Below are positions 30,986 through 39,140 of a stretch of 64,000 nucleotides of DNA, in pieces. A model generated the notes under the pieces. It did not search any database. It was not told the origin of the DNA and worked only from the letters and a program-made list of their open reading frames with translations. Positions within the stretch are counted from its first letter, which is position 1; every line of letters starts with the position of its first letter. The position numbers and the translations under genes are program-made. Source of the stretch: a bacterium (GTDB lineage: Bacteria; Patescibacteriota; Minisyncoccia; Phycocordibacterales; UBA6899). The stretch is from contig JAYUQG010000025.1 of the NCBI GenBank assembly GCA_043756865.1, positions 921-64,920 of the forward strand. The letters are read 5' to 3'.

Positions 30986-31756
30986 TTAGAGTGTGCGTCG
31001 TGCGAGAACGATGCTGGTGTCGTCTTTGAGTGGCCCACCAAGAAGTCGTCCGTCGACAATCTTCTCGCAATTGATCACTGCGAGTCGTCTGCGAAGGATG
31101 TCTTTCGTTGTGAAGACCACGTTTTGGGACACCCACGTTGCTATCGTGACCGACGAAAAGTCGGGAAAGTGGTCAATGCCGTCGGTTGCGACAAGAATCG
31201 ACGTGATGTCGCTTGTCGCAAACTCGAGTACGCTGAAACGCGAACGCGAGTCGTCTCCGTCAGCAATTCCGTATGCGAGGTAGGGGGGTTCGTTCCTTTC
31301 GAACGGCCCCAGATTGGTTACCCCGCCGTTCACCGCATAGGTTCCGTCGCCGCAATAGAAGATGTATGTCCGCTCTGGCAGCACAAGAAAACCGACAACA
31401 GAAAACAGGAAGTACGACTTCACTGCTTCAGACGCACTTTCGCCCATCTGGGCAGCGAGAACCGCAATGTTTCCCAACACATGGGAACGTAGTTCTGACC
31501 AACGATTGAAGCTGTTGTGTCCTTGCGAGACGGTGCGTGCTGCCAGAAAAAGCAGCCGTTCACCGAGCATCTTTGCACCAAGTTGTGCACCAACTTCACT
31601 TGAAGCACCGGAGCCACACCCGTCGGCAACAAGGCCGACCGATATGTCACCAGCAGACGCAAAAAAATGTGCGTCCTGACAATTTTTCCATGTCGGTTGT
31701 CCCGGCATGGTGTGGTCAGTTCCGGGAACTGACGCTCCTGCGAGTTGAAATCCCAC
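30986..31756 (-). CDS. PP2C-family Ser/Thr phosphatase
   Basis: LVADGCGSGA ... CGDGTY ... ATDGI metal-binding Asp motifs of the PPM fold. 13 nt upstream of the kinase gene. Confidence 0.7.
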   Translation of the reverse strand: MGFQLAGASVPGTDHTMPGQPTWKNCQDAHFFASAGDISVGLVADGCGSGASSEVGAQLGAKMLGERLLFLAARTVSQGHNSFNRWSELRSHVLGNIAVLAAQMGESASEAVKSYFLFSVVGFLVLPERTYIFYCGDGTYAVNGGVTNLGPFERNEPPYLAYGIADGDDSRSRFSVLEFATSDITSILVATDGIDHFPDFSSVTIATWVSQNVVFTTKDILRRRLAVINCEKIVDGRLLGGPLKDDTSIVLARRTL

Positions 31757-31916
31757 TATTCACTCCTAACTGTTGATTGATGGATTCAGTTGACAATGAG
31801 CAACTATGTTTGCACAAAGCCTGAATGTTAACTATCACATTGTTCAGGAAATGTCAACTATGGTGTGTGCGCTTTGCTTAAAGCGGTTTTAGGTGGGACT
31901 TGATTTTAAAGTGCAA

Positions 31917-31937
31917 CTTAGTGTATTTTATACACTA
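31917..31937. promoter_or_regulatory. Second copy of the 21-nt palindromic motif, upstream of the PP2C-kinase-pncA-vWA operon
   Basis: cttagtgtattttatacacta is identical to 27017-27037. Lies between the TrmB-like regulator gene and the PP2C gene. Confidence 0.5.
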
Positions 31938-32007
31938 TATAAAATTATGCAAATTAAAGCTGGGGAAAAGCTTGTGGATAATGTGGGATTGGAGGAAGCT
32001 AACTTAG

Positions 32008-32748
32008 CTAGAGCTTCCTGAATAGCAGCTCAAAAATCTTCGCTTGGAACTTTGCCACGGACTCGTTTTCAATAACGACTGCAGTTTCGGTGTTGTAGTC
32101 GATGACTGCAACCTTATTGGCGTAAATAATCTGCGAAATATTGTACTCAAAGAGGTCAAAATCTGGAGGAACAACCTTGATTTCACGCTCCAGTCTTTTG
32201 CGTTTATTAAGCGTATTTGGAACGTTGGTAATTACCTTACGTTCCAACTGCTTCGCGTCGCGAAGGAGGCGGTACTTTTTAGAAAGATAGCGAGGGCGTA
32301 CATCTGTAGTCTGGTTATGCACATTCGAGGAGCTGTAACGATAATAGGTCTCCCCTTTTTTGAGTGTTTCTACAATATCGTTGTAAATTGCGGTAATCCC
32401 CTTTTGCCCTTCGACGTACTTCACCACGGGTCGAACTGACACGGGAGTGCGCCCGAGCTGGGTGAGTGCGGCAAGTTCGTCATCAAACAGATTGGAAAGT
32501 TCAAGAAACTTTACTTCGAGTTTCTTGGGTGATTCAGCTCTGTAATGCTTATATTTCCCCTTGAGCGTCATACTCACTAAGCCTTCGCGCTCGAGCTCTG
32601 CAATTGCCTCGTATATCACCGTGCGATACAAACCAGTTTTGCGAAACAAATCAGATATACTCATCCTGCCAAACTCAAGAAGAACGAGGTAGACGATACT
32701 TGCACGCTCAGTTAAACCCAGTTTTTTGAGAAAATTCTTATGTTCCAT
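32008..32748 (-). CDS. TrmB-like winged-helix transcriptional regulator
   Basis: N-terminal LTERASIVYLVLLEFGRMSISDLFRKTGLYRTVIYEAIAELEREGLV resembles the TrmB HTH. Followed by a sensor-like C-domain. Confidence 0.65.
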   Translation of the reverse strand: MEHKNFLKKLGLTERASIVYLVLLEFGRMSISDLFRKTGLYRTVIYEAIAELEREGLVSMTLKGKYKHYRAESPKKLEVKFLELSNLFDDELAALTQLGRTPVSVRPVVKYVEGQKGITAIYNDIVETLKKGETYYRYSSSNVHNQTTDVRPRYLSKKYRLLRDAKQLERKVITNVPNTLNKRKRLEREIKVVPPDFDLFEYNISQIIYANKVAVIDYNTETAVVIENESVAKFQAKIFELLFRKL

Positions 32749-32911
32749 AAAGTTGTATGAATTTAGTACATGTTTAGTATAGCAAAATAGTCTTTATATA
32801 CAACAAATTATAAGGTAACTCATCAAATATTTACAACTTATTAAAAATATTCAGACAAGATTTTTATGCTGCGTATAGTGCATACAGATGAACAGTACAT
32901 TGAAAGGAAAA

Positions 32912-33514
32912 ATGATGGCAAACAACGAGATGCTGGCAACGCGTGTATCGCGAAATTCGAGACATACGGGCTGCTACATTTCAGTCGATATCGAAGCTAC
33001 GGGACCGACTCCGGGTCACTACAGCATGTATGAGCTTGGAGCTTGCGTGGTCGGTAGTAGTGAGCAATTTGAACGAGCACTCACCCTTCTCCCCAATGCT
33101 GCATGCAACACTAACGCACTGCGCGCGGTGGGAATGACGAAGAAGAAGCTGCTCGAGCGCAGTGGTGCTGTGACCCCCAAGCGCGCAATGCACGAATTTG
33201 CAAAATGGGCCGAGGAAGTGTCACATGGTGACAAGCTCATCTTTGTTGCAAACAACGCACCGTTCGATTGGATGTTTGTTGCGTGGTACTTCGAAGAGGT
33301 ACGGGTGAAAAATCCATTTGGTCATGCCGCACTCGACATGAAAGCATACTTTATGGGAAAAACGGGCTTTAGCTGGAGCGAGTCCAACCTTGCAAAGATG
33401 GCTCAATATGCGGAAATCAGATTCGATCAACTACCTCACAAAGCCCTGCTCGACGCAATCATTCAAGAGCAGATCTTCGTCGGAATACATAACCCAGCAA
33501 AGAAAACACTATGA
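32912..33514 (+). CDS. DEDDh 3'-5' exonuclease (DnaQ/RNase T-like)
   Basis: Exo I ISVDIEATGP. Exo III HKALLDA with His. Start at MMANNE behind AAAGGA. Track ORF starts at 32888. Confidence 0.7.
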   Translation: MMANNEMLATRVSRNSRHTGCYISVDIEATGPTPGHYSMYELGACVVGSSEQFERALTLLPNAACNTNALRAVGMTKKKLLERSGAVTPKRAMHEFAKWAEEVSHGDKLIFVANNAPFDWMFVAWYFEEVRVKNPFGHAALDMKAYFMGKTGFSWSESNLAKMAQYAEIRFDQLPHKALLDAIIQEQIFVGIHNPAKKTL

Positions 33515-34062
33515 ACAACAAGCGCAAAACAATTCTCTTCGACCAAGACGGTGTGCTCGCGAATTACACAAAGGCGCATCTTGATGCAATTGCACGCGAG
33601 TTCCCCGAACTGCCGCGCTACCACGCAAAAGAAGTATCGCACTTCAACACCGAAGAAGTATTTCCAGTGGAGTACCATGAGCGCATTGAGGCACTGGCAC
33701 TGCGACCGGGATTCTTCGCTAACCTTGAGCCCATCCTAGGTGCGGTAGAAGCATTGCAGTCGTTGCTTGCCGAAGGCTACGACGTACGCATTTGCACAGC
33801 ACCTAAGAAGATCTTCGACAATTGTGTCGCCGAAAAATTTGCTTGGGTAAAACGACATCTTGGACAAGAGTTCGTTGAACGTATGGTGCTCACAAGAGAC
33901 AAGACACTCGTCTACGGTGAGATTCTGGTCGATGATAAACCCGACATTACCGGTGTTTGCAAACCAACATGGAAACACGTACTGTACGACCAGCCGTACA
34001 ATCGCAACTCAGACCGCCCCAGACTAACGTGGGCAAATTATCGAGAGGTACTCGGACTATGA
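33511..34062 (+). CDS. 5'(3')-deoxyribonucleotidase (HAD family)
   Basis: ILFDQDGVLA motif I ... ILVDDKP. Size and motif layout of the 5'(3')-deoxyribonucleotidase family. ATGA overlap with the exonuclease. Confidence 0.7.
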   Translation: MNNKRKTILFDQDGVLANYTKAHLDAIAREFPELPRYHAKEVSHFNTEEVFPVEYHERIEALALRPGFFANLEPILGAVEALQSLLAEGYDVRICTAPKKIFDNCVAEKFAWVKRHLGQEFVERMVLTRDKTLVYGEILVDDKPDITGVCKPTWKHVLYDQPYNRNSDRPRLTWANYREVLGL

Positions 34063-34739
34063 AAACGAAAAACGTCTATTTCGGACGACATGGCGAAAGT
34101 CGCGCAAATGCAACAGGTGTTCGCGAAGGTGGCGACTCACCGCTCACGGAGCGAGGACTGCTTCAAGCAAAGTTCTCCGCACTGCGCCTCAAGGGAAAAG
34201 GAATCCAGCGCATCATTTCAAGTGACTATGCTCGGGCGGTTTCCACCGCACTCGTCCACAGTTCGCACCTTGGGCTTCCGCTCACTGACACGTCACCACT
34301 CTTCGCTGAACGAAGAAATCCCAGTGTGATGCTCGGCAAACATGTCGGCGACCCTGAGGTCGAACGCATGTGGCATGAGATCGCATTAAACTACGGGACG
34401 CATGATTGGCGGCACTCGGACGAAGAAAACTTTGCCGATCTTGTGGAGCGTGCGAAGCAGGCCCTCGCATTTCTCGAGTTCATTCCTGAAGACACCGTCT
34501 ACGTCGCCAGCCACGGGATGTTCATGAAAGTCATCTTGGCGCATGTACAACTTGGCGAGCATACGAACGGAAGAATCTTCTGGGACCGGTATGTGCCTAT
34601 CAAGAATGTCGACAACACCGGACTTATGCACCTGCAATTCACGCCAAACTACCACCAGACAGGTATGTACTGGAAGCTCGTCTCGTGGAACGACCGTGCG
34701 CATCTCGAAGCAATGACACCGCATCAAACCAACGAATAG
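34059..34739 (+). CDS. Histidine phosphatase family protein (phosphoglycerate mutase-like)
   Basis: RHGES (RHG catalytic motif) at the N-terminus. ATGA overlap with the preceding gene. Confidence 0.7.
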   Translation: MKTKNVYFGRHGESRANATGVREGGDSPLTERGLLQAKFSALRLKGKGIQRIISSDYARAVSTALVHSSHLGLPLTDTSPLFAERRNPSVMLGKHVGDPEVERMWHEIALNYGTHDWRHSDEENFADLVERAKQALAFLEFIPEDTVYVASHGMFMKVILAHVQLGEHTNGRIFWDRYVPIKNVDNTGLMHLQFTPNYHQTGMYWKLVSWNDRAHLEAMTPHQTNE

Positions 34740-34746
34740 TTGGTAC

Positions 34747-34790
34747 AAAAAAAACGACCGGCCCATTGGGCCGGTCTCTTTCTTATTCAA
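34747..34790. terminator. Bidirectional rho-independent terminator
   Basis: gaccggccc-att-gggccggtc (9-bp stem) flanked by A8 and a T-rich tail. Confidence 0.65.
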
Positions 34791-35928
34791 AACGAAGCTG
34801 GCGCCCCGATGCGCTTTCGGGAAGAAACGTTGCCCGAAGCGTTTGCTTGGAACCTTCTTTCCATCGCTCTAGCAACTTCATCTTCTTGTCGTAGCGCACA
34901 AACTCGATGCGCTTCCAGCCATGCTTTTTCGCATCAGCCTCTTTTGCAATGTCCGCATAAAGTTCGTGGATTGTCTGCGCCTTGTCAACGAGTGAAAGTG
35001 CAACCGCATCTTCGGAGTTAAACCATGCTCCGCTTGTGCGACCCATATCTTCTTTCGACTCGCGCATCAGTACATCCAGCGGAATCTTGCGTGACTCGCT
35101 CACGACTCCGGCAAAGCGGTTGAACGCTTGATCAACTTCGCGCTGAAACATAGCACGATCTCCCGGTGACATCGGTTTCCACTGGCTACCCGAATTCTTT
35201 CGAGGTCCGGTGGAAATCTCTTCTTCGCCAACTCCCAACAAATTGCCGAGCTTGCTCGTGTTGAAAAGGCGCATGATGACACCGATGTTTCCGACTGAAG
35301 CCTCCGGATCCATGATGATCTTGTCGCCTCCGAGCGCAATGTAATACCCACCAGAGTATGCGTGATCGGGCACATAGCTATACACGGGAATCTTAGTCTT
35401 TGCTTTGAATTCCTTGATGACGCGATAACTCTGGGCGCTTGCGACGGCACTTCCACCGCTTGAGGTAATGTACAGAATCACGCCTGCGACGTCTTTTTTA
35501 CCCTCGACAAGTTCGAGTGCATCCTTGAGGTACAGTGTCGTGTTTTCAAATCCCGGTGGCGCAAGCAGATCACCGTCGATACTTCCAATAATGGGAATAA
35601 TCGCGACGTGTCCAACGCCGGATGTTCCCGAAAGCGGAAGCACTGCAGTGGGTTCTTGTTCCACTCGCACATTTTCTGCGGGATCACCGCTAAAGAGAAA
35701 GAGGAAGCCGGCAATGACGACCGTCATTGAAAAAAACGTAACCACACGGCGGCGAAACCGACGCTTCGCTTCATTTTTCATTTCTGCAAAAATGTACGCG
35801 GCAACTTCTTTCAGTTCTCCCGCATAAGCAATGCCGACACTGGCGGGAACCCCTGTGGGCAACTTTCCGATAGCAGCCGAAGCACCACTAGTAGGTTCGG
35901 GTGTGGAATCAAGTTCTGACTGGGACAT
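34783..35928 (-). CDS. sppA: Signal peptide peptidase SppA (S49 family)
   Basis: ClpP/crotonase-fold S49 motifs: ILYITSSGGSAVAS ... YSGGYYIALGGDKIIM. N-terminal TM. Confidence 0.8.
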   Translation of the reverse strand: MSQSELDSTPEPTSGASAAIGKLPTGVPASVGIAYAGELKEVAAYIFAEMKNEAKRRFRRRVVTFFSMTVVIAGFLFLFSGDPAENVRVEQEPTAVLPLSGTSGVGHVAIIPIIGSIDGDLLAPPGFENTTLYLKDALELVEGKKDVAGVILYITSSGGSAVASAQSYRVIKEFKAKTKIPVYSYVPDHAYSGGYYIALGGDKIIMDPEASVGNIGVIMRLFNTSKLGNLLGVGEEEISTGPRKNSGSQWKPMSPGDRAMFQREVDQAFNRFAGVVSESRKIPLDVLMRESKEDMGRTSGAWFNSEDAVALSLVDKAQTIHELYADIAKEADAKKHGWKRIEFVRYDKKMKLLERWKEGSKQTLRATFLPESASGRQLRFE

Positions 35929-36091
35929 AAGTCCTCCTCATGTAGTGAACGATACTCCATTTAGAGTAACGCGCTTAGCAAGAAAGGCAGTCTTGACACA
36001 CCAGAATATTGTGTGGGAAAGAACTGCACATTGACACTCCGCCACACGCCGCTAGCATGGGATATAGAGATGTACCCTGAAAGGAATCGTT

Positions 36092-36976
36092 ATGAAGAAT
36101 CTTGTGTTTTTGTTCGCGTTTGCACTCGGCATACTTTCCGGCTGTGACACTTCGACCGTTTCGAGCAGCCCCCAAAGCGGTGCCTCGATTATTGCCGCCG
36201 CAAACCAGCAGCGTCACGCGATCATGACAAAGACTCGCGCAGCTGCATACCTCCTGTATCCAGACACACCGGACCCAGCGATCATGCAAGACCCCGGCTT
36301 TCTGGATCTTGCAAAAACCGACTTTCCCATGCTCGGCACCGCATTTGGTCTTAACGACAAAGGCCTAATCTTCACTTCTGCGCACGAAATCACTGACACC
36401 GGTTATTGCGCAGGAAAACCGAAAGGGCCAGGCATGCTCGGCGTGGAGGCACTCGAGCGCCAGCAAAAGAAAAAGGATACGTACTGCGTGCTTATCACAC
36501 AAACGTACAAAAAGGCGTATCGCGGCAAAGTCATCCACATCGACGAAAAGAATGACGTGGCCATCATTCAACTAGAAGGGCAACACTCAGGACTTCCATT
36601 TATTGAGTTAGCTGAAAGTGTCCAAGAAGGCGAGGAAGTGCTGACCGTTGGTGCAGCGCGAGGAAACCCCAACTTCACCACCACTGGCATCATCAGCAAC
36701 ACGGACTTCGAGGACAAAGAAAACTCCCCCGGACGCAAAGACATTCAATTCTTTGCCATCATCCACCCAGGAAACTCAGGCGGACCGCTTGTCTCAGTGG
36801 CTTCGGGAAAGGTTGTTGGACTCGTCCAACGCATCTTCATGATTCCCGTAATCACCGCTGACCAACAAACGGGACGACCCACTGGTACCGCGGTTGTCCC
36901 GACAGGTGCATCATTCGCGATTCACGTCGACGTCTTACGACGCGTTTACGAAGACATGAAATCAAGCCCCCGCTAA
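36092..36976 (+). CDS. Trypsin-like serine protease lipoprotein
   Basis: Lipobox LSGC. His/Asp/Ser triad with GNSGGPLV. Confidence 0.8.
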   Translation: MKNLVFLFAFALGILSGCDTSTVSSSPQSGASIIAAANQQRHAIMTKTRAAAYLLYPDTPDPAIMQDPGFLDLAKTDFPMLGTAFGLNDKGLIFTSAHEITDTGYCAGKPKGPGMLGVEALERQQKKKDTYCVLITQTYKKAYRGKVIHIDEKNDVAIIQLEGQHSGLPFIELAESVQEGEEVLTVGAARGNPNFTTTGIISNTDFEDKENSPGRKDIQFFAIIHPGNSGGPLVSVASGKVVGLVQRIFMIPVITADQQTGRPTGTAVVPTGASFAIHVDVLRRVYEDMKSSPR

Positions 36977-36990
36977 GGGGCTTTTTTGTT
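36965..36990 (+). terminator. Rho-independent terminator
   Basis: agcccc-cgctaa-ggggct followed by TTTTTTG. Confidence 0.55.
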
Positions 36991-37031
36991 ACTGCGCCAT
37001 AAGAAAACACCCGCAATGAGCGGGTGTGTGT

Positions 37032-37691
37032 TTAGTTGAGCGGCACCAGTGGCACCGCAGGGCTGGGTGCATTCTGGGGCATCTGAATGACCGAGGGTGC
37101 TTCGTAAAAAGGAGTCAGGTCTTTCTCCGGAATCGGAGCGACAGGGTCGGGATGAAAATGCACACTCCCATCGTCCGGACCTTCTTCTTCACCGGAGGAA
37201 CCGGGTCTGCGTGGTTGTTTTTTCTTCGCATCGCCATCTTTTCCTTCGCCTTCCTTGCCCTCACCTTTCCCCTTTTGCTGACAGGCGCGATCGCCAATCA
37301 GTATCGTACCTTTACCTTGTGCGGCTTGTTTGTGCAGCTTGCTTCTTTGCAAACGCTGCGCGAACTTGAGGTCCCATGGGACAAAGATATAACGTGGCTC
37401 AGCGCCCTTAAGCTTCTTGTCTACAAGAAACAAATAGACACCGACACGCTCTTTGATTTCCGCATGGAGTACCGCATTGCACATACCCGGTGCACGGAGT
37501 TCGTCTGCTGTTCGCTGTTTCGGTCGTGAGAGCAAGTCGTCCAAGGCGAACCAACCAAGAGGCAACATGAGCACCGTAAGGGCGAGGGCGACGGAGCGCA
37601 TCACCAGCTGACGACGGGACCAGATCGTAATGGTACCGAGCGCGATTGCGATGAGTGCGAAGAGCACTACCAAGAGAGTGAGGTTGTTCAT
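37032..37691 (-). CDS. Single-pass membrane protein with low-complexity Lys/Glu/Gly and Pro-rich regions (TolA/TonB-like partner candidate)
   Basis: TM LTLLVVLFALIAIALGTITIW. KGKGEGKEGEGKDGDAKKK stretch and Pro-rich C-terminus. ATGA overlap with the upstream gene. RBS GGAAGGCGG. Confidence 0.45.
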   Translation of the reverse strand: MNNLTLLVVLFALIAIALGTITIWSRRQLVMRSVALALTVLMLPLGWFALDDLLSRPKQRTADELRAPGMCNAVLHAEIKERVGVYLFLVDKKLKGAEPRYIFVPWDLKFAQRLQRSKLHKQAAQGKGTILIGDRACQQKGKGEGKEGEGKDGDAKKKQPRRPGSSGEEEGPDDGSVHFHPDPVAPIPEKDLTPFYEAPSVIQMPQNAPSPAVPLVPLN

Positions 37692-38332
37692 TCTGTTTCC
37701 GCCTTCCACGCCCGAAGTGGTTTGTAGAGGTCATGCACGCTTTTCGGATCGACGTAACCAGTCGTGTCCATTTCGAAACGCGTCACCGTGAGTTCTTCGC
37801 CGTATTCACGGAGCACGGCCTGTCGGCTAATAACAGGACCAAGTGCATCCTCACCTTCTTTGCGAATACTCACCACAACGGTGACGGGGATTTCGGTGTG
37901 TGTTCCCATGGAACCGTACAGGTGCAAGTTGACCGTGAACTCACCCGCAGGGAGACCGCGGCACTCGACACGCTCATAATTCAACTGGAGCGGATCACCG
38001 AAACTTCCGCGGTCGTCGCGCAAGAGATTGCAAAACTTACCACCCCTGTTCGAATACCCGATTGGCTTGGGGTCTTCGGGGGATTGGATCCAAAGGTCCA
38101 CGTCCACGCTGACGGTATCGGGCCAGCGGATCTCGATGACCACGTTTCCGGCCTCTTGAATGAGTCCTTCTTTCTTCTTTTCGGCTTTTTCAACAATCGG
38201 CTTGATCATCACGAGTCCGACAAGCATCAGGAGCATAAACGCGAGCGTGAGTTTTTGCCAAAGATTCCCGAAAAATTGTGCCGTGGTGAGTTCGAACGGG
38301 TCAGACTCGTACACGATACACCCCCGCTTCAA
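37688..38332 (-). CDS. Single-pass membrane protein, ExbD/TolR-like topology (partner candidate)
   Basis: About 27-aa cytoplasmic N-terminus, TM LTLAFMLLMLVGLVMI, then a ~160-aa extracytoplasmic domain. Start is a non-ATG (TTG) codon; an ATG at 38236 would truncate the TM. Confidence 0.4.
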   Translation of the reverse strand: MKRGCIVYESDPFELTTAQFFGNLWQKLTLAFMLLMLVGLVMIKPIVEKAEKKKEGLIQEAGNVVIEIRWPDTVSVDVDLWIQSPEDPKPIGYSNRGGKFCNLLRDDRGSFGDPLQLNYERVECRGLPAGEFTVNLHLYGSMGTHTEIPVTVVVSIRKEGEDALGPVISRQAVLREYGEELTVTRFEMDTTGYVDPKSVHDLYKPLRAWKAETE

Positions 38333-38987
38333 TCAGCGCAGACGTGAGTTGCACGTTTCCGCTTTTCAGAATGCGCAGCAGAAAACCGAGCCAGAGGGCG
38401 AATGCGCCGCCAAGCAGAGTTGCCGCAAGTGCGATTTCCAGCCCAGGCATGACGGCCTTCAAGAGTTCGGTGATTTTCGGATCGGAAGATGTGCCAAGTA
38501 CCGAAAATGCAGAGGAAAACACCATCATGCCCATGACCGTCCCGATGATGCCGAGCGAAACCATGTTGCTCATGTTTTGAGCGACACCCATGATCTTCGA
38601 ATCCATCGTACGATAAAGGTCAAACTCGATTGAGCGACGGTTATCGGGAGTGAGGTCGGCTACTTTACGCAAGTATTGCGCCAAACGCGAACGTCCGCGC
38701 TCGATTGCAACACACGCGTCGACATCCGCGAGGATGCGAAGCTGGTGGAGATACCCACGCGCGGTGTTCAGTTCCCGCGAGGTCTTCGAGAGTTTCCACG
38801 TGCAGTCCACAATGGCAAACACAAAGTATGCGATCATGATGCGACAGATGTATGTCGTATCACCCGCAATCATCTGCGTGATCCATCCCGACTGCCACAC
38901 AACCCAGAACACGAGGCCTCCGAGCACGTTGTAGATTGCCCACTGCATGAACATGAGATAGTTCGTATCCTCAAGCTTGTTTACCAT
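38301..38987 (-). CDS. MotA/TolQ/ExbB-family proton-channel protein
   Basis: Three TMs. C-terminal LGIIGTVMGMMVFSSAF ... VMPGLEIALAATLLGGAFAL matches the TolQ/ExbB core. AAGGAG RBS 6 nt upstream. Confidence 0.7.
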   Translation of the reverse strand: MVNKLEDTNYLMFMQWAIYNVLGGLVFWVVWQSGWITQMIAGDTTYICRIMIAYFVFAIVDCTWKLSKTSRELNTARGYLHQLRILADVDACVAIERGRSRLAQYLRKVADLTPDNRRSIEFDLYRTMDSKIMGVAQNMSNMVSLGIIGTVMGMMVFSSAFSVLGTSSDPKITELLKAVMPGLEIALAATLLGGAFALWLGFLLRILKSGNVQLTSALIEAGVYRVRV

Positions 38988-39140
38988 GATTGGCTCCTTT
39001 GAAAATTGACAAAAATCTATTACTATTTTTCATATTAATCCTGTCTGACCTCATTACAAGCAAATTCACAACACAACACACTTCCCCGATGCTGTGAATA
39101 CTTTTCGCTGTTTGTATCCATAATTTGCTATACTCTCCTG

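Noticed and set aside
27102-31776. Numerous 60-280-aa ORFs on the plus strand across the vWA-pncA-kinase-PP2C region (e.g. 27194..27931, 27944..28783, 30797..31492)
   Set aside because: They are opposite-strand shadows in a GC-richer block. The minus-strand frames carry clear MIDAS, nicotinamidase, kinase and PP2C motifs.
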